From Octopus sinensis (taxonomy: Eukaryota): a stretch of DNA of 64,000 bases. The notes beneath the pieces are model-generated. The model worked only from the letters and a program-made list of their open reading frames with translations, did not search any database and was not told the origin of the DNA. Location: contig NC_042998.1 of the NCBI RefSeq assembly GCF_006345805.1, positions 9,238,001-9,302,000 on the forward strand. Direction: 5' to 3'. Below are positions 1 to 12,332 of this stretch, piece by piece (within the stretch, counting starts at the first letter, position 1; the number at the start of each line of letters is the position of its first letter). A program made the translations under genes and the position numbers.

Positions 1-416
1 CATTAACCACTCCACAGAGATTACTGAATGCTTTTTATGTGCTACTATCACTTCTACTCACTTCATAGTTTTAGGGTCCACCTGGACACCACATCACCAC
101 TATTTATCTCTTTGCTGCTCCTACTGATCTTTTTCACTCCCTCTTCTAAATGTGAGTAGTCAAGGAGCTCCTCAATAAGAATCTGCTCTTGCCCCTCCTC
201 TCATCTTTTGGCATAAAGTCTCTCTGCATAATGACTGCAATAGAGCTGGTGGCACAAAAGAAAGGCAACCACCTCGTATATACTGTAAAGTCGTTGGCGT
301 TAGGAAACAATGCCAAAGTAGACACTGGAGTATAATGCAGTCCTTGAAACCATTGGATCCAAGTCAAACCATCCAGCTCACGCCAGTATGGAACATAAGA
401 AGTTAAATGATGATTA

Positions 417-572
417 TGGTGTGGTAAGTAGCTTGCTTACCAACTACATGGTTCTGGGTTCAGTCCCACTGCGTGGCACCTTGGGCAAGTGTCTTCTACT
501 ATAGCCTCGGGCCGACCAAAGCCTTGTGAGTGGATTTGGTAGACAAAAACTGAAAGAAGCCCGTCGTATATA

Positions 573-603
<31 letters not shown>

Positions 604-776
604 TTATGTGTGTGTAAATGTTTTTCCCCCCAACATCGCATGACAACTGATGCTGGTGTGTTTACCGATATAATAAGTACTAGGCTTACAAAGAATAAGT
701 CCTGGGGTCGATTTGCTCAACTAAAGGCGGTACTCCAGCATGTCCACAGTCAAATGACTAAAACAAGTAAAAGAGT
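417..776 (+). mobile_element. SINE family A (tRNA-derived, ~400 bp)
   Basis: A-box-like gtggtaag, B-box-like ggttcagtccc, cttgggcaagtg, internal (TA)n(TG)n, gtaaaaga tail. Confidence 0.85.
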
Positions 777-840
777 ATATGTACAGTGAATAGTGGTCGC
801 TGTTAAATGATTATCATTATATGCTAAGTGACTCATGTTC

Positions 841-1210
841 ACTGCCAGTGTTAGTCAAACATAAAAGGCGCTCGTGCCAGTGACACGTAAAAGGCACTCG
901 TGCCAGTGACACATAAAAGGCACTCGTGTCAGTGACATATAAAAGGCACTCGTGCCAGTGACACGTAAAAGGCACTTGTGCCAGTGACACGTATAAAAGG
1001 CACCTGTACCAGTGACATGTAAAAACCACTCAGTACACTCTGTAAAGTGGTTGGCATCAGGAAGGGCATCCAGCCATAGAAACCAAGCCAAGGTAGATGA
1101 CTGGAACCTGATGCAGCTCTCCAGCTTACCGGTCCCGGTCAGACTGTCTCTAACCCATGCCAGCATGGAAAACAGCAGTCAAATGATGATGATGATGATG
1201 ATGATGATGA
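841..1210 (+). mobile_element. Family-C retroposon (RTE-like 3' end, (GAT)n tail) with six ~26-bp internal repeats
   Basis: Units cgtgccagtgacacgtaaaaggcact at about 862-1025; conserved ggaagggcatccagc and (atg)n tail. Confidence 0.8.
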
Positions 1211-1309
1211 TATCATCAGCATCATCATTTAATGTCCCCTTTTCCTTGCTGGTATGGGTTGGATGGATTGACAAGAATAGACAAGTCATACTTGCATGTA
1301 TGCATGCAT

Positions 1310-1556
1310 GTGTCCGTGTATGTGTGTATGTGTGTGTGTGTGTGTGTTGTGTGTGTGTGTGTGTGTCTCTGTGTGTGTGTCTGTGTGTGTGTCTGTGTGT
1401 GTCTGTGTGTCTATGTGTGTGTGTCTGTGTGTGTGTGTGTCCGTGTCTGTGTGTGTGTCTGTGTGTGTGTGTGTGTGTGTGTGTCTATGTGTGTGTGTGT
1501 CTGTTTGTGTGTGTATGTGTGTCTGTGTATGTGTGTGTGTGCATGTGTGTGTGTGT
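1310..1556. repeat. Compound (GT)n/(GTCT) microsatellite
   Basis: Direct reading; explains the Cys/Val ORFs. Confidence 0.95.
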
Positions 1557-2044
1557 AAGGAGTGGTAGTTAAATCGGATACAATTAAACAGGCTTCCACA
1601 CAGTTTTTCTTTCTATCAATGTCAAGGTTTTGTGCAGTTAAACTCAAAAGCTCTGTCTTCTCCAATAGACCGAGATGTTACAAAAGAATTGGGCGATAAC
1701 ATAAATAGTTGAAAATACACAAAACCAGTTCAACCGATATTGACATGGAAACATTTAAATGAAACCATTGTTATTTTTATTTATCAGTTTACACCTATTT
1801 ATTCATGATAGCATGGCTTCATTGTTGTTTGCAGAATAAATTTGCTCTATCTATCTAAGTTGCTTGTCCGCTATCCCATGAGTTGAAACATTTTAAAAGC
1901 TTTTCTACAAACCTAACGCTATTTTCAACCTTATAAGTTTACTTAAACTTTACTTCATATTCAAACAAACTGAACTACGTTATTAGCCACTTGCAACTTC
2001 AACTTACTTTTGATGAATCGTTTTCCTCTAGTTTTAGAAATAAT

Positions 2045-2450
2045 GGCAGGAGTGGCTGTGTGGTAAGTAGCTTGCTAACCAACCACATGGTTCCGGGTTC
2101 AGTCCCACTGCGTGGCATCTTGGGCAAGTGTCTTCTGATATAGCCCCGGGCCGACCAATGCCTTGTGAGTGGATTTGGTAGACAGAAACTGAAAGAAGCC
2201 TGTCGTATATATGTATATATATATGTATGTGTGTGTGCGTTTGTGTGTCTGTGTTTGTCCCCCTAGCATTGCTAGACAACCGATGCTGGTGTTTTTACGT
2301 CCCCGTCACTTAGCGGTTTGGCAAAAGAGACCGATAGAATAAGTACTGGGCTTACAAAAGAATAAGTCCCGGGGTCGATTTGCTCGACTAAAGGCGGTGC
2401 TCCAGCATGGCCGCAGTCAAATGACTGAAACAAGTAAAAGAGTAAAAGAG
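2045..2450 (+). mobile_element. SINE-A, full length
   Basis: ggcaggagtggctgtgtggtaag head through (gagtaaaa)n tail. Confidence 0.9.
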
Positions 2451-2965
2451 TTACCAATTTATCTTTACCAATCTTTCTTGAGATTAACTGTAGTGGTGGT
2501 AGGTTATGAGATTTTTTAATGATAGAACAACTCAAGGAAAAATGCTGTTGAACTGAGATAAGAAAAAATATTTTTGTAAAACTCTTTTATCACTGTCCCA
2601 CCCACAGTACATGTTTCATTTGTCTCATCTGTTATACAGCATTTTGCTCCCTGCATTTCCCTAACTATACAATACATCATCTAAAATTTTCTTGGTAAAA
2701 CTTGTCTCTATTTCCCTTATCAATTCCATTGGGCCTTGTTGTCTAGATCGGGGCAAGAAAGGTAATTTTTCCAATCTTTCTCCTCAGAATAAAATCAGTG
2801 CTACTATGGTAAAATCTCGACCTTCCATTTCTACTATAGTATGATGTCTACTATTAATTTTCTACTATAGTATGATATCTACTAACTGTTGATATCTATC
2901 AACTGTTCTATTCCTCTTTTTTTTTTCTTGCATTTGTGTTCTGCATTTATGACAAGGATGTGCTG

Positions 2966-3268
2966 GTAGCATGTGAAAAAAAAACATTTGAGCGAGGCTG
3001 TTGCCAGTGCCGCAGGACTGGCTCCTGTGCAGGTGGCACATAAAAAAGCACCATTTGAGCATGGCCATTGCCAGTACCACCAAACTGGCCCTCGTGCCTG
3101 TGGCACGTAAAAGCACCCACTACTCTCTCGGAGTGGTTGGCGTTAGGAAGGGCATCCAGCTGTAGAAACTCTGCCAGATCAGACTGGAGCCTGGTTCGCC
3201 AGATCTTAGTCAAATCGTCCAACCCATGCTAGCATGGAAAGCGGACGTTAAACGATGATGATGATGAT
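2966..3268 (+). mobile_element. Family-C retroposon (representative copy)
   Basis: gtggttggcgttaggaagggcatccagc...ggacgttaaacgatgatg. Further copies at about 248-414, 6292-6596, 7750-8059, 15880-16050, 23881-24186(-), 30277-30704, 34975-35340, 37052-37252, 38985-39985(-), 41244-41599, 58045-58451, 63463-63620(-). Confidence 0.85.
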
Positions 3269-3420
3269 GGTGGTGGTGGTGGTGGTGGTGGTGGTGGTGG
3301 TGATGATGATGGTGGTGGTGGTGTGGTGGTGGTGGTGGTGGTGGTGGTGGTGATGATGATGGTGGTGGTGGTGGTGGTGGTGGTGGTGGTGGTGGTGGTG
3401 GTGGTGGTGATGATGATGAT
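3255..3420. repeat. (GAT)n/(GGT)n microsatellite grown from a family-C tail
   Basis: Direct reading; explains the poly-His/Thr/Pro/Val ORFs. Confidence 0.95.
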
Positions 3421-3534
3421 GTACATTTCCTACCTGGTCAATAAGATTGTGCTCTCTCAAATAGGACACCACTTCATCTTCACTCGAGATTATTTTGTAA
3501 AAATCTCTGGCCAGTATGGTGCTAGTGTGAACAA

Positions 3535-3705
3535 GGCGCAGGAGTGGCTGTGTGGTAAGTAGCTTGCTAACCAACCACATGGTTCCAGGTTCAGTCCCAC
3601 TGCGTGGCATCTTGGGCAAGTGTCTTCTGCTATAGCCCTGGGCCAACCAATGCCTTGTGAGTGGATTTGGTAGACGGAAACTGAAAGAAGCCTGTCGTAT
3701 ATATG

Positions 3706-3736
<31 letters not shown>

Positions 3737-3952
3737 ATGTGTTTGTGTGTCCGTGTTTGTCTCCCTAGCATTGCTTGTCAACCGATGCTGGTGTGTTTAC
3801 GACCCCGTCACTTAGCGGTTCGGCAAAAGAGACCGATAGAATAAGTACTGGGCTTACAAAGAATAAGTCCCGGGGTCGATTTGCTCTACTAAAGGTGGTG
3901 CTCCAGCATGGCTGCAGTCAAATGACTGAAACAAGTAAAAGAGTAAAGAGTA
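3535..3952 (+). mobile_element. SINE-A, full length
   Basis: Same structure as the 2045 copy. Confidence 0.9.
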
Positions 3953-5395
3953 ACTAAATGGGCTAGAATTAATTGCTGAAGGCCGTAAGTGGGTTGTTTG
4001 GTAGAGTGTATTGTCATTTACAGTAGATCACAAATAACAAGGTAGATATCATACTATAGTAGCACCATAAAATCTTTCTAGAACTTTCATTTTCATTTAT
4101 ATATTATCCAATTCTAATGAAGAAAAACCTCATTTCATAAAAAGTTATTAATATTGAATAATTATCAAAAGAAAAATTTCTAGATTAAGTGATATAGACA
4201 TACCCTGTTTATTGCACACAAACAGAATAAAAGAACGATTTTATCTGTAATTGGCAGTTATATGAAATATTGCTTCATTACTAAAACAAAGTCTGGTAAT
4301 AAAATATGAAAACAGCTAAACCAGCTGAACTCCCACACGAATTCTTTAATGTTCTTTGAACTGTATGAATGACCAAAACAAAGAAACAAATACAATATAA
4401 TAAAGCATAACAAAACTAGTTTGAAAAATAACCTGGTTTAGACTTTAGTATTGCGAGAAAGAAATTTATAACTTTTTAAAAATTTTAGTCTTTCTTTTTT
4501 TTTTTTCCTAAATATTTACAGCAACTGTTTAGACAAGTTGCTAAGCAGTTTATTAAAGACACATTTTTTTTTTTTAAAGCTGGGGACACATTTAAAATCT
4601 GAGACAGACAATATTTCATTGCAACTGTAGGATGTGGGCTGAAGGCAGTATGGGAGAGTTTCTTCAGAAAGATGTTTGGAATGCAAGGGTTGGGCAGAGA
4701 GACTGGCTTTGATACAAATGAGTCAATGACTGAGATAAAACTTAATCCATTTGACAGAATTTGCACCAGGTTTCCTCTCGCTGAAAAAGCTCATTATAAA
4801 TTATTATCTGTTTAATCATGATTCAAGTGGTTCCAATACAGTGTCAACAAGCAAGCTGCCAAAAGCTGTCACAATGAGTACTGTGAAGTACAAAATAACT
4901 TAACTAGACCAGCAAGTCGTAAAAACAGGAAAAAAATTATCAAAATTTGAATGTCACTGAAGGTTGTGTGGGATGACTGCCAACAGGAAGCTAGGTGAAA
5001 TATAAATAGCATGAAAGCATTATGCTGATATAAATATTTATCACAGTGGAGAGATGGTGAGGAAGAATTATATGAATTAAAGAAAGGGTATATTGTTGCT
5101 GTTGGCTTTTGTCATAATTGCTACTGATGTTATTTAACCCCCAGATCAGTTCTGATGGTGCGAACATAAGATAAAAAAAAAGTATAGTATATCTGATACT
5201 ACATTATCCAAATGTATCCTCCTTTTTTTTTCATTGCGACTTTTAAGGAAATTTGGCTGCTAGTTCTAGCAAGTCGTGTGACCATGTTGACACACCCACC
5301 CACCCACGTTGGCTTGTAATAGCTATTGTTGGTGGATAATAGTCTGACCGTATCTGATTGTTTCTAGCTAAGTTATTATAAGTGACACTCTAGAA

Positions 5396-5614
5396 CAGTG
5401 CTTTTCAAACTTTTTGCTGGAGCGGAACCCCAAGGAAACATTCCACTGGCTTGAGGAACCCCTGTGCAATAATTTAATAGTCTTATGCACACATATCTGC
5501 ACAGGAGAATTAAAAATTACTGCCGATTTTAGCAGTTTTGTAACTTCTTGCGGAACCCCTAGACTGTAGTGGTGGAACCCTAAGGTTCCGCGGAACCCTG
5601 GTTGAAAACCACTG
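5396..5614. mobile_element. hAT (Charlie-type) MITE
   Basis: TIRs cagtgcttttcaa / ttgaaaaccactg; perfect 8-bp TSD ctctagaa (5388-5395, 5615-5622); near-identical copy at 20815. Confidence 0.9.
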
Positions 5615-5784
5615 CTCTAGAAATTGAATACCATAAAAGACATGACATTGTTGTGTATCTTGGTTATCATGCAGAGCATTTTCTTGACTATTTTTACCTT
5701 GTTTTCTAAATATGGTTACAACAAACAACATTTGTGTGTGTGTGTATTTTCAAACATGCATGTATACACACACACACACATGTA

Positions 5785-5982
5785 CAGGGTGAGCCAAAAG
5801 TCATGCACCAAAACAGTTGACATTCTATTTATATTACATTATTATCATTATTCATTCTGTTTATCATGTACGAGCACATGTGTATTCATCGTTATTTCAG
5901 TCACTTTAGAAAAACTGAAGCACGATTTTCACAATTCCAGAACATACTGAATTTGCTTTACGCATGATTTTGGCCCACCTTG
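5785..5982. mobile_element. Tc1/mariner-type MITE
   Basis: TA TSD on both sides; imperfect ~21-bp TIRs cagggtgagccaaaagtcatgc / gcatgattttggcccaccttg. Confidence 0.75.
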
Positions 5983-6794
5983 TATTGTATTGCTGATGTC
6001 AAAAGAATTTTAAAACTTACCAGAGAATATGAAATGATTCTTTTTTTTTTTTTCTTTTCTTCATCTGAACAGTGGATCTTGAAGCTCATAAAGTTATAAA
6101 TAATAGCATATAAATGTTGAATTGAAGAAGTGAAAAATACTTTTGGTTAGAAAAAGTTGAATACTGCTTCACGAGCTACAAACTCACATCACATCTCCTG
6201 TAAACATAGCAGGCTTTCTACTTTTTACTATTTTTTACATGCTATAATTTATAGCTTCATGTGCATCGAGATCCACTGTTCCAATATGTGTGTGTAAAAC
6301 ATTCAAGCGAGGTCATTGCCAGTGCTGCTGGACTGGCTCCTGTGCAGGTGGCACATAAAAACACCATTAGAGCGTGGCCGTTGCCAGTACCGCCTGACTG
6401 GCACCCATGCCGGTGGCATGTAAAAGCACCCACTACATTCTCAGAGTGGTTGGTGTTAGGAAAGGCATCCAGCCGTAGAACTCTGCCAGATCAAGATTGG
6501 AGCCTGGTGCAGCCATCTGGCTCGCCAACCCTCAGTCAAACTCGTCCAACCCATGCTAGCATGGAAAGCGGACGTTAAACGATGATGATGATGATGAATG
6601 TATGTGTGTGTGTTTGTGTGTGTATTCCTAATAGAATAGTTGCACCATTTCATTATGTGTAGTGAAAAACAACATAAGTGCTGGTCACAGGAAGGGCATC
6701 TAGTTGTATTTTATTCATCACCTTAGAAATACCTATCCAACCCATGCCAGTACAGAAAAGCATTAGTAAAATGATAAAAAGACATGCACACATA

Positions 6795-6829
6795 CATATA
6801 TTACATAGATGGATATACAAATATGTTCA

Positions 6830-6868
<39 letters not shown>

Positions 6869-6960
6869 TACATAGATGGATATACAAATATATTCACGCA
6901 CACACACACACACACACACATATATTACATAGATGGATATACAAATATATTCGCACACAC
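6795..6960. repeat. Three copies of a ~35-bp unit separated by (CA)n
   Basis: catatattacatagatggatatacaaatat.ttc at about 6795, 6862 and 6919. Confidence 0.9.
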
Positions 6961-8059
6961 ACGAACAAAATTTATCTGATTTTGATGATGAATTACATCA
7001 GGTGTGCTGAAAGGAAATTTAACTACCATGCCATAATATTTGTGATCTTTGTTTCAGTCACATCTTTTCTGTTGCTGTTTAAAGGAAATTTCCTTGTGTC
7101 TGTTACAGTCAACACTGTTTGAACAGCTGTAGTCTTTCTACAGTTCTTTTTATATTTCTTTTTTTAACCGAGCAAATCTTAATGAAAGCGTTCAGATTTT
7201 ATCTATCACTGTAAGTGTCTTAAATAAATGAAAGGAAAACAAAAAAACATCTAATACCAAATGCCAGAGAAACACTTTAACTCCCAAAAGACAAAGTAGC
7301 AAAATTTTCATGAGAAAATAAATAAGAGTATGCAGAATGTTAAAACAAAAAGCTATAGAGATTGCTAAACATAAAACCATTTCGCTATACTCTTTAACCT
7401 GCTTCAAAACATAGATATTAAAGATACCAGAGTTTCAGATAAATTCTTTGATTCTTTTACTGGTTTCAGTTACTAGACTGCAGCCAAAATCTATATGATT
7501 GACTAAAATCTCTTGAAGAGAGTTTTTAGCCAGTCATATAGAATCCAGTACTTATTTGAATCAGCCCTATACACCGAGTATGTTATATATTAACATATTG
7601 GGACACAGTGCAATGCACCACTTTACACTGGTGAATGTAAAGCCAGGCATAAACACAGACATAAACAGACACATACAGATATATAATTATATTACTTTAT
7701 ATTCTCTTTGTCTCTCACTCTTTATATATATATATACGGCTAACTAGCTTCCGTGCCCGTGGCACATAAAAGGCACCATTCGAGCGTGATCATTACCAGC
7801 GTCGCCTTACTGGCACATGTAAAAACATTCGAGTGAGGTCATTGCCAGTACTACCTGACTGGCCCTCGTGCCGGTGGCACGTAAAAAGCACCCACTACAC
7901 TCTCGGAGCGATTGGAGTTAGGAAGGGCATCCAGCTGTAGAAACTCTGCCAGATCAAGATTGGAGCTTGGTGCAGCCATCTGGTTTGCCAGTTCTCAGTC
8001 AAATCGTGCAACCCGTGCTAGCATGGAAAGCAGACGTTAAATGATGATGATGATGATGA

Positions 8060-8723
8060 TGAGGGGGTACCCCAAAGTAACTGGAAACGTTCTCTGTGGG
8101 ACAAGCCTGTTGCTGTTCAGGCCTCCACTGCTAGAAGCCACTTTATATGACCTAAAAACATTAGTATGCTGACCAGTGGCATCAAGTGTAGTCCTACTGC
8201 CATGTGGTGCATCTTTGTTTTGCAGTGCTTCTCCAGCATGCTTCTGTGAAATTCTGTTCACTGCTGGGGAAAACGGTGGTTAAAACAGTTGCCATGCTTC
8301 TATATTTTATTAAATTTGCCATGGGGGAAGTACACAGAGTAAGGAAACTTGTGGGCTGGACACGAACGTTAATGAGATGAATGGTAATGATACAAAGATG
8401 ATAAGGATGGGAGAAGATGAAAGCGCCCACCGACTTTTGCTTCTCTAACAGCTTACAAGGACACTGCCATGAGCAAAACACAAGTTTACACGCTTTAGGA
8501 ATGGACTTTTGTCGCTTGAAGACTCACCTTGTTCAGGGTATCTGTTAACCTCCCAAACAAATGAAAACATCATGGTGTGGTAAGTAGCTTGTTTACCAAC
8601 CACATGGTTCCGGGTTCAGTCCCACTGCATGGCACCTTGGGCAAGTGTCTTCTACTATAGCCTCGAGCCGACCAAAGCCTTGTGAGTGGATTTGGTAGAC
8701 GGAAACTGAAAAGAAGCCTGTCG

Positions 8724-8762
<39 letters not shown>

Positions 8763-9447
8763 TTGTGTGCCTGTGTTTGTCCCCCAAGCATTGCTTGACA
8801 ACCGATGCTGGTGTGTTTATGTCCCCGTTACTTAGCGGTTCGGCAAAAGAGACCGATAGAATTAGTACTGGGCTTACAAAAGAATAAGTCCCAGGGTCGA
8901 GTTGCTCAATTAAAGGCGGTGCTCCAGCATGGCTGCAGTCAAATGACTGAAACAAGTAAAAGAGTAAAGAGTAACTGATCTTGGAGGACCATCACCAAAC
9001 AATCAATGAACTTGTTGATAGGACTGGTGTGTCCTGGAGCTCCTGCCAATGAGTTTTGAGTGAGGAATTGTGAATGCAAAGAGTTGCAGCAAAATTTGTG
9101 CTTCGTTTGCTCACGGAAGATCAAAAGCAGTCACAAATGAATCCATGTCATGAACTGAAAGAACGGTGGGAATTTGATCCAGACCTTTTTTTCGAAGGTC
9201 AACACTGGTTATAAAACCTGGTGCTATGGAATTTGCAGATGTAAAAGTGGTGACGAAAAAATGACGGAGGTGTTAAAAGGCATCACTTTGCAAGAGTTCC
9301 AGCACTGCTTCCAACAGTGGAAAATACATCTGGACCGATGCATTGCTTCACATGGAGAATACTCCGAAGGCAATAAAAGAGTAAACATGTAAAGCTAAGT
9401 GAATAAAATGATCTTGCAAACTTCTAGTTTCTTTGGGTATTCCCTCA
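8060..9447 (+). mobile_element. Mariner (Tc1/mariner) transposon, internally deleted and decayed, with a SINE-A inserted
   Basis: Imperfect TIRs tgagggggtaccccaaagtaactggaa / ttctagtttctttgggtattccctca followed by TA. Remnant motifs DTAMSKTQVY, LEDSPCSG and VLRLLTEDQK. ORF 9174-9392 joins TGYKTWCYG to the C-terminal EFQHCFQQWK..LDRCIASHGEYSEG. Confidence 0.85.
8572..8973 (+). mobile_element. SINE-A inside the mariner
   Basis: Transposase remnant resumes on both sides. Confidence 0.9.
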
Positions 9448-9455
9448 TATATATA

Positions 9456-9493
<38 letters not shown>

Positions 9494-9547
9494 GTATGTG
9501 TGTATATATATATATATACACATACACACACACGCACAAACATATGT

Positions 9548-9580
<33 letters not shown>

Positions 9581-9783
9581 GACAGATAGATACAGATATA
9601 TGTGTGTGTGTGTGTATGTATACATATTTTTTTGTATTTGTTTCAGAACATGTGGTAAATATTTGGGGTTGTAACTCATTGGTGTCATGGAAACAATTAC
9701 ACATGCCTAATTTCTCCTCTCTTTCTTTCTTTCTTATAACTTTTACACACACGCACACAAGCACACACACACACACACACACA

Positions 9784-9813
<30 letters not shown>
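9448..9813. repeat. Compound (TA)/(CA)/(GT)/(CT) microsatellites
   Basis: Direct reading. Confidence 0.9.
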
Positions 9814-9818
<5 letters not shown>

Positions 9819-10145
9819 AAAGTATCAACTATTTATATTGACCTTAAAGGCTTAAGACAATAAAGAATATCTTCAAGCACTCTAACAATGACCTGGTTTC
9901 AGTTCCCTGCTTGGTTCAAACATCATTTATGAAGAATACACTCAGTAAAAAGACCCTGCGTCATTAATTTAAACTGCTTCATCTAATACATTTATACTAC
10001 TTCTGTTTAGTTGCTCAACCTTCAATGTAGCAACAGATACAATTCCACTTTGTTAATCTCCTTCCCGTCTCATGAAGGAGATGTCAATTCACACACAGTC
10101 GATCTTGTAAATTTATTTCGTTATCTGCTCATCACTACTTTGGCA

Positions 10146-10312
10146 AGTATAATGAAGTCTATACTTAGCTGACGAAATCACAATAGTACCAAAACGTAAC
10201 TAGAGTTGTCTCCCATGCTTGTTAAAATTAGTATGACGAAGTCTACACTTGGCTGATGAAATCACAATAATACCAAAATATGTTCAGAGTTGTCTCCCAT
10301 GTTGGTTAAAAT
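10146..10312 (+). repeat. Two-copy 84-bp tandem repeat
   Basis: Unit agtat.a.gaagtcta.actt.gctga.gaaatcacaata.taccaaaa...gagttgtctcccatg. Confidence 0.85.
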
Positions 10313-10339
10313 AATTACAATATTAGTCATTGACTAATA

Positions 10340-10500
10340 TTGTTTAAATTATTTACTTTGGACGAATATGTGTCCTCATCTTGTTTGTTGTTACCACAAA
10401 GTTTCGGCTGATTTACTCTCCAGCCTTCTTCATCAGGCGTTCTGGTAGAATTTTGAGCCAAACCCTGGGTTCTCATTCCTTAGGTATTTATTGTTCTGTT
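10340..10500 (-). mobile_element. Penelope-like pLTR fragment with a degenerate type I hammerhead
   Basis: Minus strand CTGATGA (10436-30), stem ggctg/cagcc, GAAAC (10405-01); next to an (ATT)n run. Confidence 0.55.
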
Positions 10501-10507
10501 GATAATA

Positions 10508-10539
<32 letters not shown>

Positions 10540-10625
10540 TATCCAAGGCACTGCCTGGAATTGAGCTCACAATCTTGGGCTTAGTAGCCCGTGCTTTTAA
10601 CCATTACGCTATATGCCCATGGGCA
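10540..10625 (-). mobile_element. Short tRNA-like SINE or tRNA retropseudogene
   Basis: gggcatatagcgtaatggttaaaagc...gagctcaattccaggc followed by (AAT)n. Confidence 0.5.
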
Positions 10626-11432
10626 ATTATAGAGTGAATGTTAGGGCTTATAAACCTAATATTTTAAGCTATGTTCCTTTAGGTTTTGAGTTCAAATCAT
10701 CCTAAGGTCAGTGTTGCTATTCATTCCTCTGGGGATGATAATATAAAGAACAAGTCAAGTGCTGGAATTGATGTGATCAACTATAGTCCTACCTTAAATT
10801 TGTAGTCTTGTGCCTGAAATTGTTTTGTTCATTTTTAATTCACTGCGTAATTATTTTCCTGCATTAAATTACATTTTTTTTTCACGAGGCCTTCAACTCA
10901 TATGCCACTTACTCAATTTTCATGGCATATAAGACACCAAAATCACAACATTCTTCCTGAACAGGATGTTGATCCATTGTAGGGTCCAATCCCTGCAATT
11001 TTGAGGAGATATCAAATGTCAATTACATCAATCTCCAGTACTTGACTGGTACTTTATTTCATCAAAGGGATGAAAGTCAAAGGTTTGACCTTGGAACCAT
11101 GTGGTTGGGAAGCAAGCTTCTTACCACACAACTTATACATACATATATATTTGTGTGTGTGTGTGTGTGAGTGTGTGTGATAAGCTTCTTCCAGTTTCCA
11201 TCTACAATTTCCTCTCACAAGGTTTTGGTTGGCCTAAGAGTATAGTAAAAGTTATTTTCACATGGTGCTGTACAAGAGGACTGAACCCAAGACCAGATGG
11301 CTGGGAAGCAAGATCCTTAATCGCACAGCCAAATACATCTAAAATCTGCAACAATTTCAGTCCCAGGGATGCAAAACAAAGTATTCTCGACCGTAGTATA
11401 GCATAGTTATTAATCACACATGCACAAGGTGA

Positions 11433-11847
11433 ATACTCATTACTCTTTTACTTGTTTCAGTCATTTGACTGTGGCCATGCTGGAGCACCGCCTTTAGTCG
11501 AGCAAATCGACCCCGGGACTTATTCTTTGTAAGCCCAGTACTTATTCTATCGGTCTCTTTTGCCGAACTGCTAAGTAACGGGGACGTAAACACACCAGCA
11601 TCGGTTGTCAAGTAATGCTAGGGGGACAAACGCAGACACACAAACACACGCACACACACACACATATATATACATACATATATACGACAGGCTTCTTTCA
11701 GTTTCCATCTACCAGATCCACTCACAAGGCATTGGTCGGCCCGGGGCTATAGCAGAAGACACTTGCCCAAGATGCCACGCAGTGGGACTGAACCCAGAAC
11801 CATGTGGTTGGTTAGCAAGCTACTTACCACACAGCCACTCCTGCGCC
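11433..11847 (-). mobile_element. SINE-A, full length
   Basis: Reverse complement of the family consensus. Confidence 0.9.
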
Positions 11848-12332
11848 TATGTGAAACAAATAGTGATTTCTTATCTAGGTCCAAGACTACAAATTTAGGA
11901 TAGGACTATATTTGATCACATCAACTCCAGTACTTGACTTGTTCTTTATATTCTCATCCCCAGAGGGATGAACAGCAAAACTGACCTTAGGATGATTTGA
12001 ACTCAAAACCTAAAGGAACATAACTAAGATCTGCAGGGTGTTTAGGTCGGTGCTCTACCAGTTCAACCAATGAACAACACTTCTATTCACACTCAGCAGA
12101 GAACTAACAAGACATAGAATTAGTCTTCTTGCTATGAACTTGACTGTTCCTTTATTGTAATAACAGATGTACTTTTCTAATTCTCTAGTCACCATTTCTG
12201 GTATACTTGTTTACAAACACAATAACTGTGCTATACTACAGTTGAGAATACTTTATCTCACATTCCTGGGACTGAAAATGTTGCAGATTTCAGATGTTTT
12301 TGGATTTCAAAGTATTTTTATATTTGCAACTA

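Noticed and set aside
862-1025. CRISPR-like regularly spaced 26-bp repeats (also 62-bp units at 57121-57305)
   Set aside because: The units abut with no unique spacers, lie inside a eukaryotic retroposon, and there are no cas genes.
2034-2535. Recurrent 60-140 aa ORFs such as MSSNARGTNTDTQT and MLAWVGRFD appearing many times
   Set aside because: They are chance reading frames of SINE-A and family C with variable stops, not a gene family.
3255-3420. GAT-to-GGT change read as a fossil of A-to-I editing
   Set aside because: One mutation followed by slippage explains it, and the adjacent element body shows no A-to-G clustering.
3229-3781. ORFs with poly-His, poly-Thr, poly-Pro or poly-Val
   Set aside because: They are translations of the (GAT)/(GGT) microsatellite and SINE-A.
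6183-6210. Minus-strand tttacag-GAGATGTGAT (RCD), resembling the start of a later FAM81 exon
   Set aside because: The frame stops after three more codons, and the intervening expected exon is not found.
10540-10625. Functional tRNA gene
   Set aside because: No complete acceptor stem or T terminator, and it ends in an (AAT)n retroposition tail.
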